Shown: positions 42,301 through 56,500 of the stretch, in pieces
Position numbering within the stretch: position 1 is the stretch's first letter
How the letters are laid out: each line of letters opens with the position of its first letter
Origin: Eledone cirrhosa
Taxonomy: Eukaryota
Direction: 5' to 3'
DNA: 64,000 bases
Assembly (NCBI GenBank): GCA_964016885.1
Contig: OZ024743.1
Span: forward strand, 297,476,001-297,540,000
Program-made: the position numbers and the translations under genes
Notes under the pieces: model-generated
Databases searched by the model: none
What the model was told of the DNA's origin: nothing
Seen by the model: the letters and a program-made list of their open reading frames with translations, nothing else

Positions 42301-45300
42301 GTAAGAGTTAGGAGAGGAGATACCTGTGACGTTTGTAAGAGTTAGGAGAGGACATACCAGTGACGTATGTAAGAGTTAGGAGAGGAGATACCAGTGACGT
42401 ATGTAAGAGTTAGGAGAGGAGATACCAGTGACGTATGTAAGAGTTAGGAGAGGAGATATCAGTGACGTATGTCAGAGTTAGGAGAGGAGATACCAGTGAC
42501 GTTTGTAAGAGTTAGGAGAGGACATACCAGTGACGTATGTAAGAGTTAGGACAGGAGATACCAGTGACGTATGTAAGAGTTAGGAGAGGAGATATCAATG
42601 ACGTATGTAAGAGTTAGGAGAGGAGATACCAGTGACGTATGTCAGAGTTAGGAGAGGAGATACCAGTGACGTTTGTAAGAGTTAGGATAGGAGATACCTG
42701 TGACGTTTGTAAGAGTTAGGAGAGGGGATACCATTGACGTATGTAAGTGTTAGGAGAGGAGATATCAGTGACGTATGTCAGAGTTAGGAGTGGAGATACC
42801 AGTGACGTATGTAAGAGTTAGGAGAGGAGATATCAGTGACGTATGTCAGAGTTAGGAGAGGAGATACCAGTGACGTATGTAAGTGTTAGAAGAGGAGATA
42901 CCAGTGACGTATGTAAGAGTTAGGAAGGAGATATCAGTGACGTATGTCAGAGTTAGGAGAGAAGATACCAGTGACGTATGTAAGAGTTAGTAGAGGAGAT
43001 ACTAGTGACGTATGTCAGAGTTAGGAGAGGAGATACCAGTGACGTATGTAAGAGTTAGGAGAGGAGATACCAGTGACGTATGTAAGTGATAGCAGAGGAG
43101 ATATCAGTGACGTATGTCAGAGGTAGGAGAGGAGATACCAGTGACGTATGTCAGAGTTAGGAGAGGAGATACCAGTGACGTATGTAAGAGTTAGGAGAGG
43201 AGATACCAGTGACGTATGTAAGAGTTAGGAGAGGAGATACCAGTGACGTATGTAAGAGTTAGGAGAGGAGATATCAGTGACGTATGTAAGTGTTACGAGA
43301 TGAGATACCAGTGACGTATGTAAGAGTTAGGAGAGGAGATGTCAGTGAAGTATGTAAGAGTTACGAGAGGAGATACCAGTGACGTATGTAAGAGTTAGGA
43401 GAGGAGATACCAGTGACGTATGTAAGAGTTAGGAGAGGAGATACCAGTGACGTATGTAAGAGTTAGGAGAGGAGATATCAGTGACGTATGTAAGTGTTAC
43501 GAGAGGAGATACCAGTGACGTATGTAAGAGTTAGGAGAGGAGATACCAGTGGCGTATGTAAGTGTTACGAGAGGAGATACCAGTGACGTATGTAAGAGTT
43601 AGGAGAGGAGATACCAGTGACGTATGTAAGAGCTAGGGGACGAGATACCAGTGACGTATGTAAGAGTTAGGAGAGGAGAAACCAGTGACGTATGTAAGAG
43701 TTAGGAGATGAGATACCAGTGACGTATGTAAGAGTTAGTAGAGGAGATACTAGTGACGTATGTCAGAGTTAGGAGAGGAGATACCAGTGACGTATGTAAC
43801 AGTTAGGAGAGGAGATACCAGTGACGTATGTAAGTGTTAGGAGAGGAGATATCAGTGACGTATGTCAGAGGTAGGAGAGGAGATACCAGTGACGTATGTC
43901 AGAGTTAGGAGAGGAGATACCAGTGACGTATGTAAGAGTTAGGAGAGGAGATACCAGTGACGTATGTAAGAGTTAGGAGAGGAGATATCAGTGACGTATG
44001 TAAGTGTTACGAGATGAGATACCAGTGACGTATGTAAGAGTTAGGAGAGGAGATACCAGTGACGTATGTAAGAGTTAGGAGAGGAGATGTCAGTGACGTA
44101 TGTAAGAGTTACGAGAGGAGATACCAGTGACGTATGTAAGAGTTAGGAGAGGAGATACCAGTGACGTATGTAAGAGTTAGGAGGGGAGATACCAGTGACG
44201 TATGTAAGAGTTAGGAGAGGAGATATCAGTGACGTATGTAAGTGTTACGAGAGGAGATACCAGTGACGTATGTAAGAGTTAGGAGAGGAGATACCAGTGA
44301 CGTATGTAAGTGTTACGAGAGGAGATACCAGTGACGTATGTAAGAGTTAGGAGAGGAGATACCAGTGACGTATGTAAGAGCTAGGAGAGGAGATATCAGT
44401 GACGTATGTAAGTGTTACGAGAGGAGATACCAGTGACGTATGTAAGAGTTAGGAGAGGAGATACCAGTGACGTATGTAAGTGTTACGAGAGGAGATACCA
44501 GTGACATATGTAAGAGTTAGGAGAGGAGATACCAGTGACGTATGTAAGAGCTAGGGGAGGAGATACCAGTGACGTATGTAAGAGTTAGGAGAGGAGATAC
44601 CAGTGACGTATGTAAGAGTTAGGAGAGGAGATACCAGTGACGTATGTCAGAGTTAGGAGAGGAGATACCAGTGACGTATGTAAGAGTTAGGAAGAAGATA
44701 TCAGTGACGTATGTAAGTGTTAGGAGAGGAGATACCAGTGACGTTTGTAAGAGTTAGGAGAGGACATACCAGTGACGTATGTAAGAGTTAGGAGAGGAGA
44801 TACCAGTGACGTATGTAAGAGTTAGTAGAGGAGATACCAGTGACGTTTGTAAGAGTTAGGAGAGGAGATACCTGTGAAGTTTGTAAGAGTTAGGAGAGGA
44901 GATACCAGTGACGTATGTAAGTGGTAGGAGAGGAGTTATCAGTGACGTATGTAAGAGTTAGGAGAGGAGATACCAGTGACGTATGTAAGAGTTAGTAGAG
45001 GAGATACCAGTGACGTTTGTAAGAGTTAGGAGAGGAGATACCTGTGACGTTTGTAAGAGTTAGGAGAGGACATACCAGTGACGTATGTAAGAGTTAGGAG
45101 AGGAGATACCAGTGACGTATGTAAGAGTTAGGAGAGGAGATACCAGTGACGTATGTAAGAGTTAGGAGAGGAGATATCAGTGACGTATGTCAGAGTTAGG
45201 AGAGGAGATACCAGTGACGTATGTAAGTGTTAGAAGAGGAGATACCAGTGACGTATGTAAGAGTTAGGAGAGGAGATACCAGTGACGTATGTAAGAGTTA

Positions 45301-48300
45301 GGAGAGGAGATATCAATGACGTATGTAAGAGTTAGGAAGGAGATATCAGTGACGTTTGTCAGAGTTAGGAGAGAAGATACCAGTGACGTATGTAAGAGTC
45401 AGGAGAGGAGATACCAGTGACGTATGTAAGAGTTAGGAGAGGAGATACCAGTGACGTATGTAAGAGTTAGGAGAGGAGATACCAGTGACGTATGTAAGTG
45501 TTAGGAGAGGAGATATCAGTGACGTATGTCAGAGGTAGGAGAGAAGATACCAGTGACGTATGTCAGAGTTAGGAGAGGACCTACCAGTGACGTATGTAAG
45601 AGTTAGGAGAGGAGATACCAGTGACGTATGTAAGTGTTAGGAGAGGAGATACCAGTGACGTATGTAAGAGTTAGGAGAGGAGATATCAGTGACGTATGTA
45701 AGTGTTACGAGAGGAGATACCAGTGACGTATGTAAGAGTTAGGAGAGGAGATACCAGTGACGTATGTAAGTGTTACGAGAGGAGATACCAGTGACATATG
45801 TAAGAGTTAGGAGAGGAGATACCAGTGACGTATGTAAGAGCTAGGGGGGGAGATACCAGTGACGTATGTAAGAGTTAGGGAGGAGATACCAGTGACGTAT
45901 GTAAGAGTTAGGAGAGGAGATACCAGTGACGTATGTCAGATTTAGGAGAGGAGATACCAGTGACGTATGTAAGAGTTAGGAAGAAGATATTAGTGACGTA
46001 TGTAAGTGTTAGGAGAGGAGATACCAGTGACGTTTGTAAGAGTTAGGAGAGGACATACCAGTGACGTATGTAAGAGTTAGGAGAGGAGATACCAGTGACG
46101 TATGTAAGAGTTAGTAGAGGAGATACCAGTGACGTTTGTAAGAGTTAGGAGAGGAGATACCTGTGACGTTTGTAAGAGTTAGGAGAGGAGATACCAGTGA
46201 CGTATGTAAGTGTTAGGAGAGGAGATATCAGTGACGTATGTCAGAGATAGGAGAGCAGATACCAGTGACGTTTGTAAGAGTTAGGAGAGGACCTACCAGT
46301 GACGTATGTAAGAGTTAGGAGAGGAGATACCAGTGACGTATGTAAGAGTTAGGAGAGGAGATACCAGTGCCGTTTGTAAGAGTCAGGATAGGAGATACCT
46401 GTGACGTTTGTAAGAGTTAGGAGAGGGGATACCATTGACGTATGTAAGTGTTAGGAGAGGAGATATCAGTGACGTATGTCAGAGTTAGGAGAGGAGATAC
46501 CAGTGACGTATGTAAGTGTTAGGAGAGGAGATATCAGTGACGTATGTCAGAGATAGGAGAGCAGATACCAGTGACGTTTGTAAGAGTTAGGAGAGGACAT
46601 ACCAGTGACGTATGTAAGAGTTAGGAGAGGAGATACCAGTGACGTATGTAAGAGTTAGGAGAGGAGATACCAGTGCCGTTTGTAAGAGTTAGGATAGGAG
46701 ATACCTGTGACGTTTGTAATAGTTAGGAGAGGGGATACCATTGACGTATGTAAGTGTTAGGAGAGGAGATATCAGTGACGTATGTAAGAGTTAGGAGAGG
46801 AGATATCAGTGACGTATGTCAGAGTTAGGAGAGGAGATACCAGTGACGTATGTAAGTGTTAGAAGAGGAGATACCAGTGACGTATGTAAGAGTTAGGAGA
46901 GGAGATACCAGTGACGTATGTAAGAGTTAGGAGAGGAGATATCAATGACGTATGTAAGAGTTAGGAAGGAGATATCAGTGACGTATGTCAGAGTTAGGAG
47001 AGAAGATACGAGTGACGTATGTAAGAGTTAGTAGAGGAGATACTAGTGACGTATGTCAGAGTTAGGAGAGGAGATACCAGTGACGTATGTAAGAGTTAGG
47101 AGAGGAGATACCAGTGACGTATGTAAGTGTTAGGAGAGGAGATATCAGTGACGTATGTCAGAGGTAGGAGAGGAGATACCAGTGACGTATGTCAGAGTTA
47201 GGAGAGGAGATACCAGTGACGTATGTAAGAGTTAGGAGAGGAGATACCAGTGACGTATGTAAGAGTTAGGAGAGGAGATATCAGTGACGTATGTAAGTGT
47301 TACGAGATGAGATACCAGTGACGTATGTAAGAGTTAGGAGAGGAGATACCAGTGACGTATGTAAGAGTTAGGAGAGGAGATGTCAGTGACGTATGTAAGA
47401 GTTACGAGAGGAGATACCAGTGACGTATGTAAGAGTTAGGAGAGGAGATACCAGTGACGTATGTAAGAGTTAGGAGAGGAGATACCAGTGACGTATGTAA
47501 GAGTTAGGAGAGGAGATATCAGTGACGTATGTAAGTGTTACGAGAGGAGATACCAGTGACGTATGTAAGAGTTAGGAGAGGAGATACCAGTGACGTATGT
47601 AAGTGTTACGAGAGGAGATACCAGTGACGTATGTAAGAGTTAGGAGAGGAGATACCAGTGACGTATGTAAGAGTTAGGAGAGGAGATATCAGTGACGTAT
47701 GTAAGTGTTACGAGAGGAGATACCAGTGACGTATGTAAGAGTTAGGAGAGGAGATACCAGTGACGTATGTAAGTGTTACGAGAGGAGATACCAGTGGCAT
47801 ATGTAAGAGTTAGGAGAGGAGATACCAGTGACGTATGTAAGAGCTAGGGGAGGAGATACCAGTGACGTATGTAAGAGTTAGGAGAGGAGATACCAGTGAC
47901 GTATGTAAGAGTTAGGAGAGGTGATACCAGTGACGTATGTCAGAGTTAGGAGAGGAGATACCAGTGACGTATGTAAGAGTTAGGAAGAAGATATCAGTGA
48001 CGTATGTAAGTGTTAGGAGAGGAGATACCAGTGACGTTTGTAAGAGTTAGGAGAGGACATACCAGTGACGTATGTAAGAGTTAGGAGAGGAGATACCAGT
48101 GACGTATGTAAGAGTTAGTAGAGGAGATACCAGTGACGTTTGTAAGAGTTAGGAGAACAGATACCTGTGACGTTTGTAAGAGTTAGGAGAGGAGATACCA
48201 GTGACGTATGTAAGTGGTAGGAGAGGAGATATCAGTGACGTATGTAAGAGTTAGGAGAGGAGATACCAGTGACGTATGTAAGAGTTAGTAGAGGAGATAC

Positions 48301-51300
48301 CAGTGACGTTTGTAAGAGTTAGGAAAGGAGATACCTGTGACGTTTGTAAGAGTTAGGAGAGGACATACCAGTGACGTATGTAAGAGTTAGGAGAGGAGAT
48401 ACCAGTGACGTATGTAAGAGTTAGGAGAGGAGATACCAGTGACGTATGTAAGAGTTAGGAGAGGAGATATCAGTGACGTATGTCAGAGTTAGGAGAGGAG
48501 ATACCAGTGACGTTTGTAAGAGTTAGGAGAGGACATACCAGTGACGTATGTAAGAGTTAGGACAGGAGATACCAGTGACGTATGTAAGAGTTAGGAGAGG
48601 AGATATCAATGACGTATGTAAGAGTTAGGAGAGGAGATACCAGTGACGTATGTCAGAGTTAGGAGAGGAGATACCAGTGACGTTTGTAAGAGTTAGGATA
48701 GGAGATACCTGTGACGTTTGTAAGAGTTAGGAGAGGGGATACCATTGACGTATGCAAGTGTTAGGAGAGGAGATACCAGTGACGTATGTAAGAGTTAGGA
48801 GAGGAGATACCAGTGACGTATGTAAGAGTTAGGAGAGGAGATATCAGTGACGTATGTAAGTGTTACGAGATGAGATACCAGTGACGTATGTAAGAGTTAG
48901 GAGAGGAGATGTCAGTGAAGTATGTAAGAGTTACGAGAGGAGATACCAGTGACGTATGTAAGAGTTAGGAGAGGAGATACCAGTGACGTATGTAAGAGTT
49001 AGGAGAGGAGATACCAGTGACGTATGTAAGAGTTAGGAGAGGAGATATCAGTGACGTATGTAAGTGTTACGAGAGGAGATACCAGTGACGTATGTAAGAG
49101 TTAGGAGAGGAGATACCAGTGACGTATGTAAGTGTTACGAGAGGAGATACCAGTGACGTATGTAAGAGTTAGGAGAGGAGATACCAGTGACGTATGTAAG
49201 AGCTAGGGGACGAGATACCAGTGACGTATGTAAGAGTTAGGAGAGGAGAAACCAGTGACGTATGTAAGAGTTAGGAGATGAGATACCAGTGACGTATGTA
49301 AGAGTTAGTAGAGGAGATACTAGTGACGTATGTCAGAGTTAGGAGAGGAGATACCAGTGACGTATGTAACAGTTAGGAGAGGAGATACCAGTGACGTATG
49401 TAAGTGTTAGGAGAGGAGATATCAGTGACGTATGTCAGAGGTAGGAGAGGAGATACCAGTGACGTATGTCAGAGTTAGGAGAGGAGATACCAGTGACGTA
49501 TGTAAGAGTTAGGAGAGGAGATACCAGTGACGTATGTAAGAGTTAGGAGAGGAGATATCAGTGACGTATGTAAGTGTTACGAGATGAGATACCAGTGACG
49601 TATGTAAGAGTTAGGAGAGGAGATACCAGTGACGTATGTAAGAGTTAGGAGAGGAGATGTCAGTGACGTATGTAAGAGTTACGAGAGGAGATACCAGTGA
49701 CGTATGTAAGAGTTAGGAGAGGAGATACCAGTGACGTATGTAAGAGTTAGGAGAGGAGATACCAGTGACGTATGTAAGAGTTAGGAGAGGAGATATCAGT
49801 GACGTATGTAAGTGTTACGAGAGGAGATACCAGTGACGTATGTAAGAGTTAGGAGAGGAGATACCAGTGACGTATGTAAGTGTTACGAGAGGAGATACCA
49901 GTGACGTATGTAAGAGTTAGGAGAGGAGATACCAGTGACGTATGTAAGAGTTAGGAGAGGAAATATCAGTGACGTATGTAAGTGTTACGAGAGGAGATAC
50001 CAGTGACGTATGTAAGAGTTAGCAGAGGAGATACCAGTGACGTATGTAAGTGTTACGAGAGGAGATACCAGTGACATATGTAAGAGTTAGGAGAGGAGAT
50101 ACCAGTGACGTATGTAAGAGCTAGGGGAGGAGATACCAGTGACGTATGTAAGAGTTAGGAGAGGAGATACCAGTGACGTATGTAAGAGTTAGGAGAGGAG
50201 ATACCAGTGACGTATGTCAGAGTTAGGAGAGGAGATACCAGTGACGTATGTAAGAGTTAGGAAGAAGATATCAGTGACGTATGTAAGTGTTAGGAGAGGA
50301 GATACCAGTGACGTTTGTAAGAGTTAGGAGAGGACATACCAGTGACGTATGTAAGAGTTAGGAGAGGAGATACCAGTGACGTATGTAAGAGTTAGTAGAG
50401 GAGATACCAGTGACGTTTGTAAGAGTTAGGAGAGGAGATACCTGTGACGTTTGTAAGAGTTAGGAGAGGAGATACCAGTGACGTATGTAAGTGGTAGGAG
50501 AGGAGATATCAGTGACGTATGTAAGAGTTAGGAGAGGAGATACCAGTGACGTATGTAAGAGTTAGTAGAGGAGATACCAGTGACGTATGTCAGAGTTAGG
50601 AGAGGAGATACCAGTGACGTTTGTAAGAGTTAGGAGAGGAGATACCTGTGACGTTTGTAAGAGTTAGGAGAGGACATACCAGTGACGTATGTAAGAGTTA
50701 GGAGAGGAGATACCAGTGACGTATGTAAGAGTTAGGAGAGGAGATACCAGTGACGTATGTAAGAGTTAGGAGAGGAGATATCAGTGACGTATGTCAGAGT
50801 TAGGAGAGGAGATACCAGTGACGTATGTAAGTGTTAGAAGAGGAGATACCAGTGACGTATGTAAGAGTTAGGAGAGGAGATACCAGTGACGTATGTAAGA
50901 GTTAGGAGAGGAGATATCAATGACGTATGTAAGAGTTAGGAAGGAGATATCAGTGACGTATGTCAGAGTTAGGAGAGAAGATACCAGTGACGTATGTAAG
51001 AGTCAGGAGAGGAGATACCAGTGACGTATGTAAGAGTTAGGAGAGGAGATACCAGTGACGTATGTAAGAGTTAGGAGAGGAGATACCAGTGACGTATGTA
51101 AGTGTTAGGAGAGGAGATATCAGTGACGTATGTCAGAGGTAGGAGAGAAGATACCAGTGACGTATGTCAGAGTTAGGAGAGGAGATACCAGTGACGTATG
51201 TAAGAGTTAGGAGAGGAGATACCAGTGACGTATGTAAGTGTTAGGAGAGGAGATACCAGTGACGTATGTAAGAGTTAGGAGAGGAGATATCAGTGACGTA

Positions 51301-52900
51301 TGTAAGTGTTACGAGAGGAGATACCAGTGACGTATGTAAGAGTTAGGAGAGGAGATACCAGTGACGTATGTAAGTGTTACGAGAGGAGATACCAGTGACA
51401 TATGTAAGAGTTAGGAGAGGAGATACCAGTGACGTATGTAAGAGCTAGGGGGGGAGATACCAGTGACGTATGTAAGAGTTAGGGAGGAGATACCAGTGAC
51501 GTATGTAAGAGTTAGGAGAGGAGATACCAGTGACGTATGTCAGAGTTAGGAGAGGAGATACCAGTGACGTATGTAAGTGTTAGGAGAGGAGATATCAGTG
51601 ACGTATGTCAGAGATAGGAGAGCAGATACCAGTGACGTTTGTAAGAGTTAGGAGAGGACATACCAGTGACGTATGTAAGAGTTAGGAGAGGAGATACCAG
51701 TGACGTATGTAAGAGTTAGGAGAGGAGATACCAGTGCCGTTTGTAAGAGTTAGGATAGGAGATACCTGTGACGTTTGTAAGAGTTAGGAGAGGGGATACC
51801 ATTGACGTATGTAAGTGTTAGGAGAGGAGATATCAGGGACGTATGTCAGAGTTAGGAGAGGAGATACCAGTGACGTATGTAAGTGTTAGGAGAGGAGATA
51901 TCAGTGACGTATGTCAGAGATAGGAGAGCAGATACCAGTGACGTTTGTAAGAGTTAGGAGAGGACATACCAGTGACGTATGTAAGAGTTAGGAGAGGAGA
52001 TACCAGTGACGTATGTAAGAGTTAGGAGAGGAGATACCAGTGCCGTTTGTAAGAGTTAGGATAGGAGATACCTGTGACGTTTGTAAGAGTTAGGAGAGGG
52101 GATACCATTGACGTATGTAAGTGTTAGGAGAGGAGATATCAGTGACGTATGTAAGAGTTAGGAGAGGAGATATCAGTGACGTATGTCAGAGTTAGGAGAG
52201 GAGATACCAGTGACGTATGTAAGTGTTAGAAGAGGAGATACCAGTGACGTATGTAAGAGTTAGGAGAGGAGATACCAGTGACGTATGTAAGAGTTAGGAG
52301 AGGAGATATCAATGACGTATGTAAGAGTTAGGAAGGAGATATCAGTGACGTATGTCAGAGTTAGGAGAGAAGATACGAGTGACGTATGTAAGAGTTAGTA
52401 GAGGAGATACTAATGACGTATGTCAGAGTTAGGAGAGGAGATACCAGTGACGTATGTAAGAGTTAGGAGAGGAGATACCAGTGACGTATGTAAGTGTTAG
52501 GAGAGGAGATATCAGTGACGTATGTCAGAGTTAGGAGAGGAGATACCAGTGACGTATGTAAGAGTTAGGAGAGGAGATGTCAGTGACGTATGTAAGAGTT
52601 ACGAGAGGAGATACCAGTGACGTATGTAAGAGTTAGGAGAGGAGATACCAGTGACGTATGTAAGAGTTAGGAGAGGAGATATCAGTGACGTATGTAAGTG
52701 TTACGAGATGAGATACCAGTGACGTATGTAAGAGTTAGGAGAGGAGATACCAGTGACGTATGTAAGAGTTAGGAGAGGAGATGTCAGTGACGTATGTAAG
52801 AGTTACGAGAGGAGATACCAGTGACGTATGTAAGAGTTAGGAGAGGAGATACCAGTGACGTATGTAAGAGTTAGGAGAGGAGATACCAGTGACGTATGTA
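36400..52900. repeat. Higher-order domain D: ~5-6-kb composite units built from domain C material plus new variants
   Basis: GGTGATACC is at 36851, 41911 and 47922. GTGGCATATG is at 41787/47798 and GATACG at 40999/47010 (both offset 6011). GGGGACGAG is at 43641/49211 and GTAACAG at 43800/49370 (both offset 5570). Confidence 0.82.
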
Positions 52901-53599
52901 AGAGTTAGGAGAGGAGATATCAGTGACGTATGTAAGTGTTACGAGAGGAGATACCAGTGACGTATGTAAGAGTTAGGAGAGAAGATACCAGTGACGTATG
53001 TAAGAGTCAGGAGAGAAGATACCAGTGACGTATGTCAGAGTTAGGAGAGGAGATATCAGTGACGTATGTAAGTGTTACGAGAGGAGATACCAGTGACGTA
53101 TGTAAGAGTTAGGAGAGGAGATACCAGTGACGTATGTAAGTGTTACGAGAGGAGATACCAGTGACGTATGTAAGAGTTAGGAGAGGAGATACCAGTGACG
53201 TATGTAAGAGTTAGGAGAGAAGATACCAGTGACGTATGTAAGAGTCAGGAGAGAAGATACCAGTGACGTATGTCAGAGTTAGGAGAGGAGATACCAGTGA
53301 CGTATGTAAGTGTTAGGAGAGGAGATATCAGTGACGTATGTCAGAGTTAGGAGAGGAGATACCAGTGACGTATGTAAGAGTTAGGAGAGGAGATACCAGT
53401 GACGTATGTAAGAGTTACGAGAGGAGATACCAGTGACGTATGTAAGAGTTAGGAGAGGAGATACCAGTGACGTATGTAAGAGTTAGGAGAGAAGATACCA
53501 GTGACGTATGTAAGAGTCAGGAGAGAAGATACCAGTGACGTATGTCAGAGTTAGGAGAGGAGATACCAGTGACGTATGTAAGTGTTAGGAGAGGAGATA

Positions 53600-56500
53600 T
53601 CACTGACGTATGTCAGAGATAGGAGAGCAGATACCAGTGACGTTTGTAAGAGTTAGGAGAGGACATACCAGTGACGTATGTAAGAGTTAGGAGAGGAGAT
53701 ACCAGTGACGTATGTAAGAGTTAGGAGAGGAGATACCAGTGCCGTTTGTAAGAGTTAGGATAGGAGATACCTGTGACGTTTGTAAGAGTTAGGAGAGGGG
53801 ATACCATTGACGTATGTAAGTGTTAGGAGAGGAGATATCAGTGACGTATGTCAGAGTTAGGAGAGGAGATACCAGTGACGTATGTAAGTGTTAGGAGAGG
53901 AGATATCAGTGACGTATGTCAGAGATAGGAGAGCAGATACCAGTGACGTTTGTAAGAGTTAGGAGAGGACATACCAGTGACGTATGTAAGAGTTAGGAGA
54001 GGAGATACCAGTGACGTATGTAAGAGTTAGGAGAGGAGATACCAGTGCCGTTTGTAAGAGTTAGGATAGGAGATACCTGTGACGTTTGTAAGAGTTAGGA
54101 GAGGGGATACCATTGACGTATGTAAGTGTTAGGAGAGGAGATATCAGTGACGTATGTAAGAGTTAGGAGAGGAGATACCAGTGACGTATGTAAGAGTTAG
54201 GAGAGGAGATATCAATGACGTATGTAAGAGTTAGGAAGGAGATATCAGTGACGTATGTCAGAGTTAGGAGAGAAGATACGAGTGACGTATGTAAGAGTTA
54301 GTAGAGGAGATACTAGTGACGTATGTCAGAGTTAGGAGAGGAGATACCAGTGACGTATGTAAGAGTTAGGAGAGGAGATACCAGTGACGTATGTAAGTGT
54401 TAGGAGAGGAGATATCAGTGACGTATGTCAGAGGTAGGAGAGGAGATACCAGTGACGTATGTCAGAGTTAGGAGAGGAGATACCAGTGACGTATGTAAGA
54501 GTTAGGAGAGGAGATACCAGTGACGTATGTAAGAGTTAGGAGAGGAGATACCAGTGACGTATGTAAGAGTTAGGAGAGGAGATACCAGTGACGTATGTAA
54601 GAGTTAGGAGAGGAGATATCAGTGACGTATGTAAGTGTTACGAGAGGAGATACCAGTGACGTATGTAAGAGTTAGGAGAGGAGATACCAGTGACGTATGT
54701 AAGTGTTACGAGAGGAGATACCAGTGACGTATGTAAGAGTTAGGAGAGGAGATACCAGTGACGTATGTAAGAGTTAGGAGAGGAGATATCAGTGACGTAT
54801 GTAAGTGTTACGAGAGGAGATACCAGTGACGTATGTAAGAGTTAGGAGAGGAGATACCAGTGACGTATGTAAGTGTTACGAGAGGAGATACCAGTGACAT
54901 ATGTAAGAGTTAGGAGAGGAGATACCAGTGACGTATGTAAGAGCTAGGGGAGGAGATACCAGTGACGTATGTAAGAGTTAGGAGAGGAGATACCAGTGAC
55001 GTATGTAAGAGTTAGGAGAGGTGATACCAGTGACGTATGTCAGAGTTAGGAGAGGAGATACCAGTGACGTATGTAAGAGTTAGGAAGAAGATATCAGTGA
55101 CGTATGTAAGTGTTAGGAGAGGAGATACCAGTGACGTTTGTAAGAGTTAGGAGAGGACATACCAGTGACGTATGTAAGAGTTAGGAGAGGAGATACCAGT
55201 GACGTATGTAAGAGTTAGTAGAGGAGATACCATTGACGTTTGTAAGAGTTAGGAGAGGAGATACCTGTGACGTTTGTAAGAGTTAGGAGAGGAGATACCA
55301 GTGACGTATGTAAGTGGTAGGAGAGGAGATATCAGTGACGTATGTAAGAGTTAGGAGAGGAGATACCAGTGACGTATGTAGGAGTTAGTAGAGGAGATAC
55401 CAGTGACGTTTGTAAGAGTTAGGAGAGGAGATACCTGTGACGTTTGTAAGAGTTAGGAGAGGACATACCAGTGACGTATGTAAGAGTTAGGAGAGGAGAT
55501 ACCAGTGACGTATGTAAGAGTTAGGAGAGGAGATACCAGTGACGTATGTAAGAGTTAGGAGAGGAGATATCAGTGACGTATGTCAGAGTTAGGAGAGGAG
55601 ATACCAGTGACGTTTGTAAGAGTTAGGAGAGGACATACCAGTGACGTATGTAAGAGTTAGGACAGGAGATACCAGTGACGTATGTAAGAGTTAGGAGAGG
55701 AGATATCAATGACGTATGTAAGAGTTAGGAGAGGAGATACCAGTGACGTATGTCAGAGTTAGGAGAGGAGATACCAGTGACGTTTGTAAGAGTTAGGATA
55801 GGAGATACCTGTGACGTTTGTAAGAGTTAGGAGAGGAGATACCAGTGACGTATGTAAGAGTTAGTAGAGGAGATACTAGTGACGTATGTCAGAGTTAGGA
55901 GAGGAGATACCAGTGACGTATGTAAGAGTTAGGAGAGGAGATACCAGTGACGTATGTAAGAGTTAGTAGAGGAGATACTAGTGACGTATGTCAGAGTTAT
56001 GAGAGGAGATACCAGTGACGTATGTCAGTGTTACGAGATGAGATACCAGTGACGTATGTAAGAGTTAGGAGAGGAGATACCAGTGACGTATGTAAGAGTT
56101 AGGAGAGGAGATATCAGTGACGTATGTAAGAGTTACGAGAGGAGATACCAGTGACGTATGTAAGAGTTAGGAGAGGAGATACCAGTGACGTATGTAAGAG
56201 TTAGGAGAGGAGATACCAGTGACCTATGTAAGAGTTAGGAGAGGAGATATCAGTGACGTAAGTGTTACGAGAGGAGAAACCAGTGACGTATGTAAGAGTT
56301 AGGAGATGAGATACCAGTGACGTATGTAAGTGTTACGAGAGGAGATACCAGTGACATATGTAAGAGTTAGGAGAGGAGATACCAGTGACGTATGTAGGAG
56401 CCAAGGGAGGAGATACCAGTGACGTATGTAAGAGTTAGGAGAGGAGATACCAGTGACGTATGTAAGAGTTAGGAGAGGAGATACCAGTGACGTATGTAAG

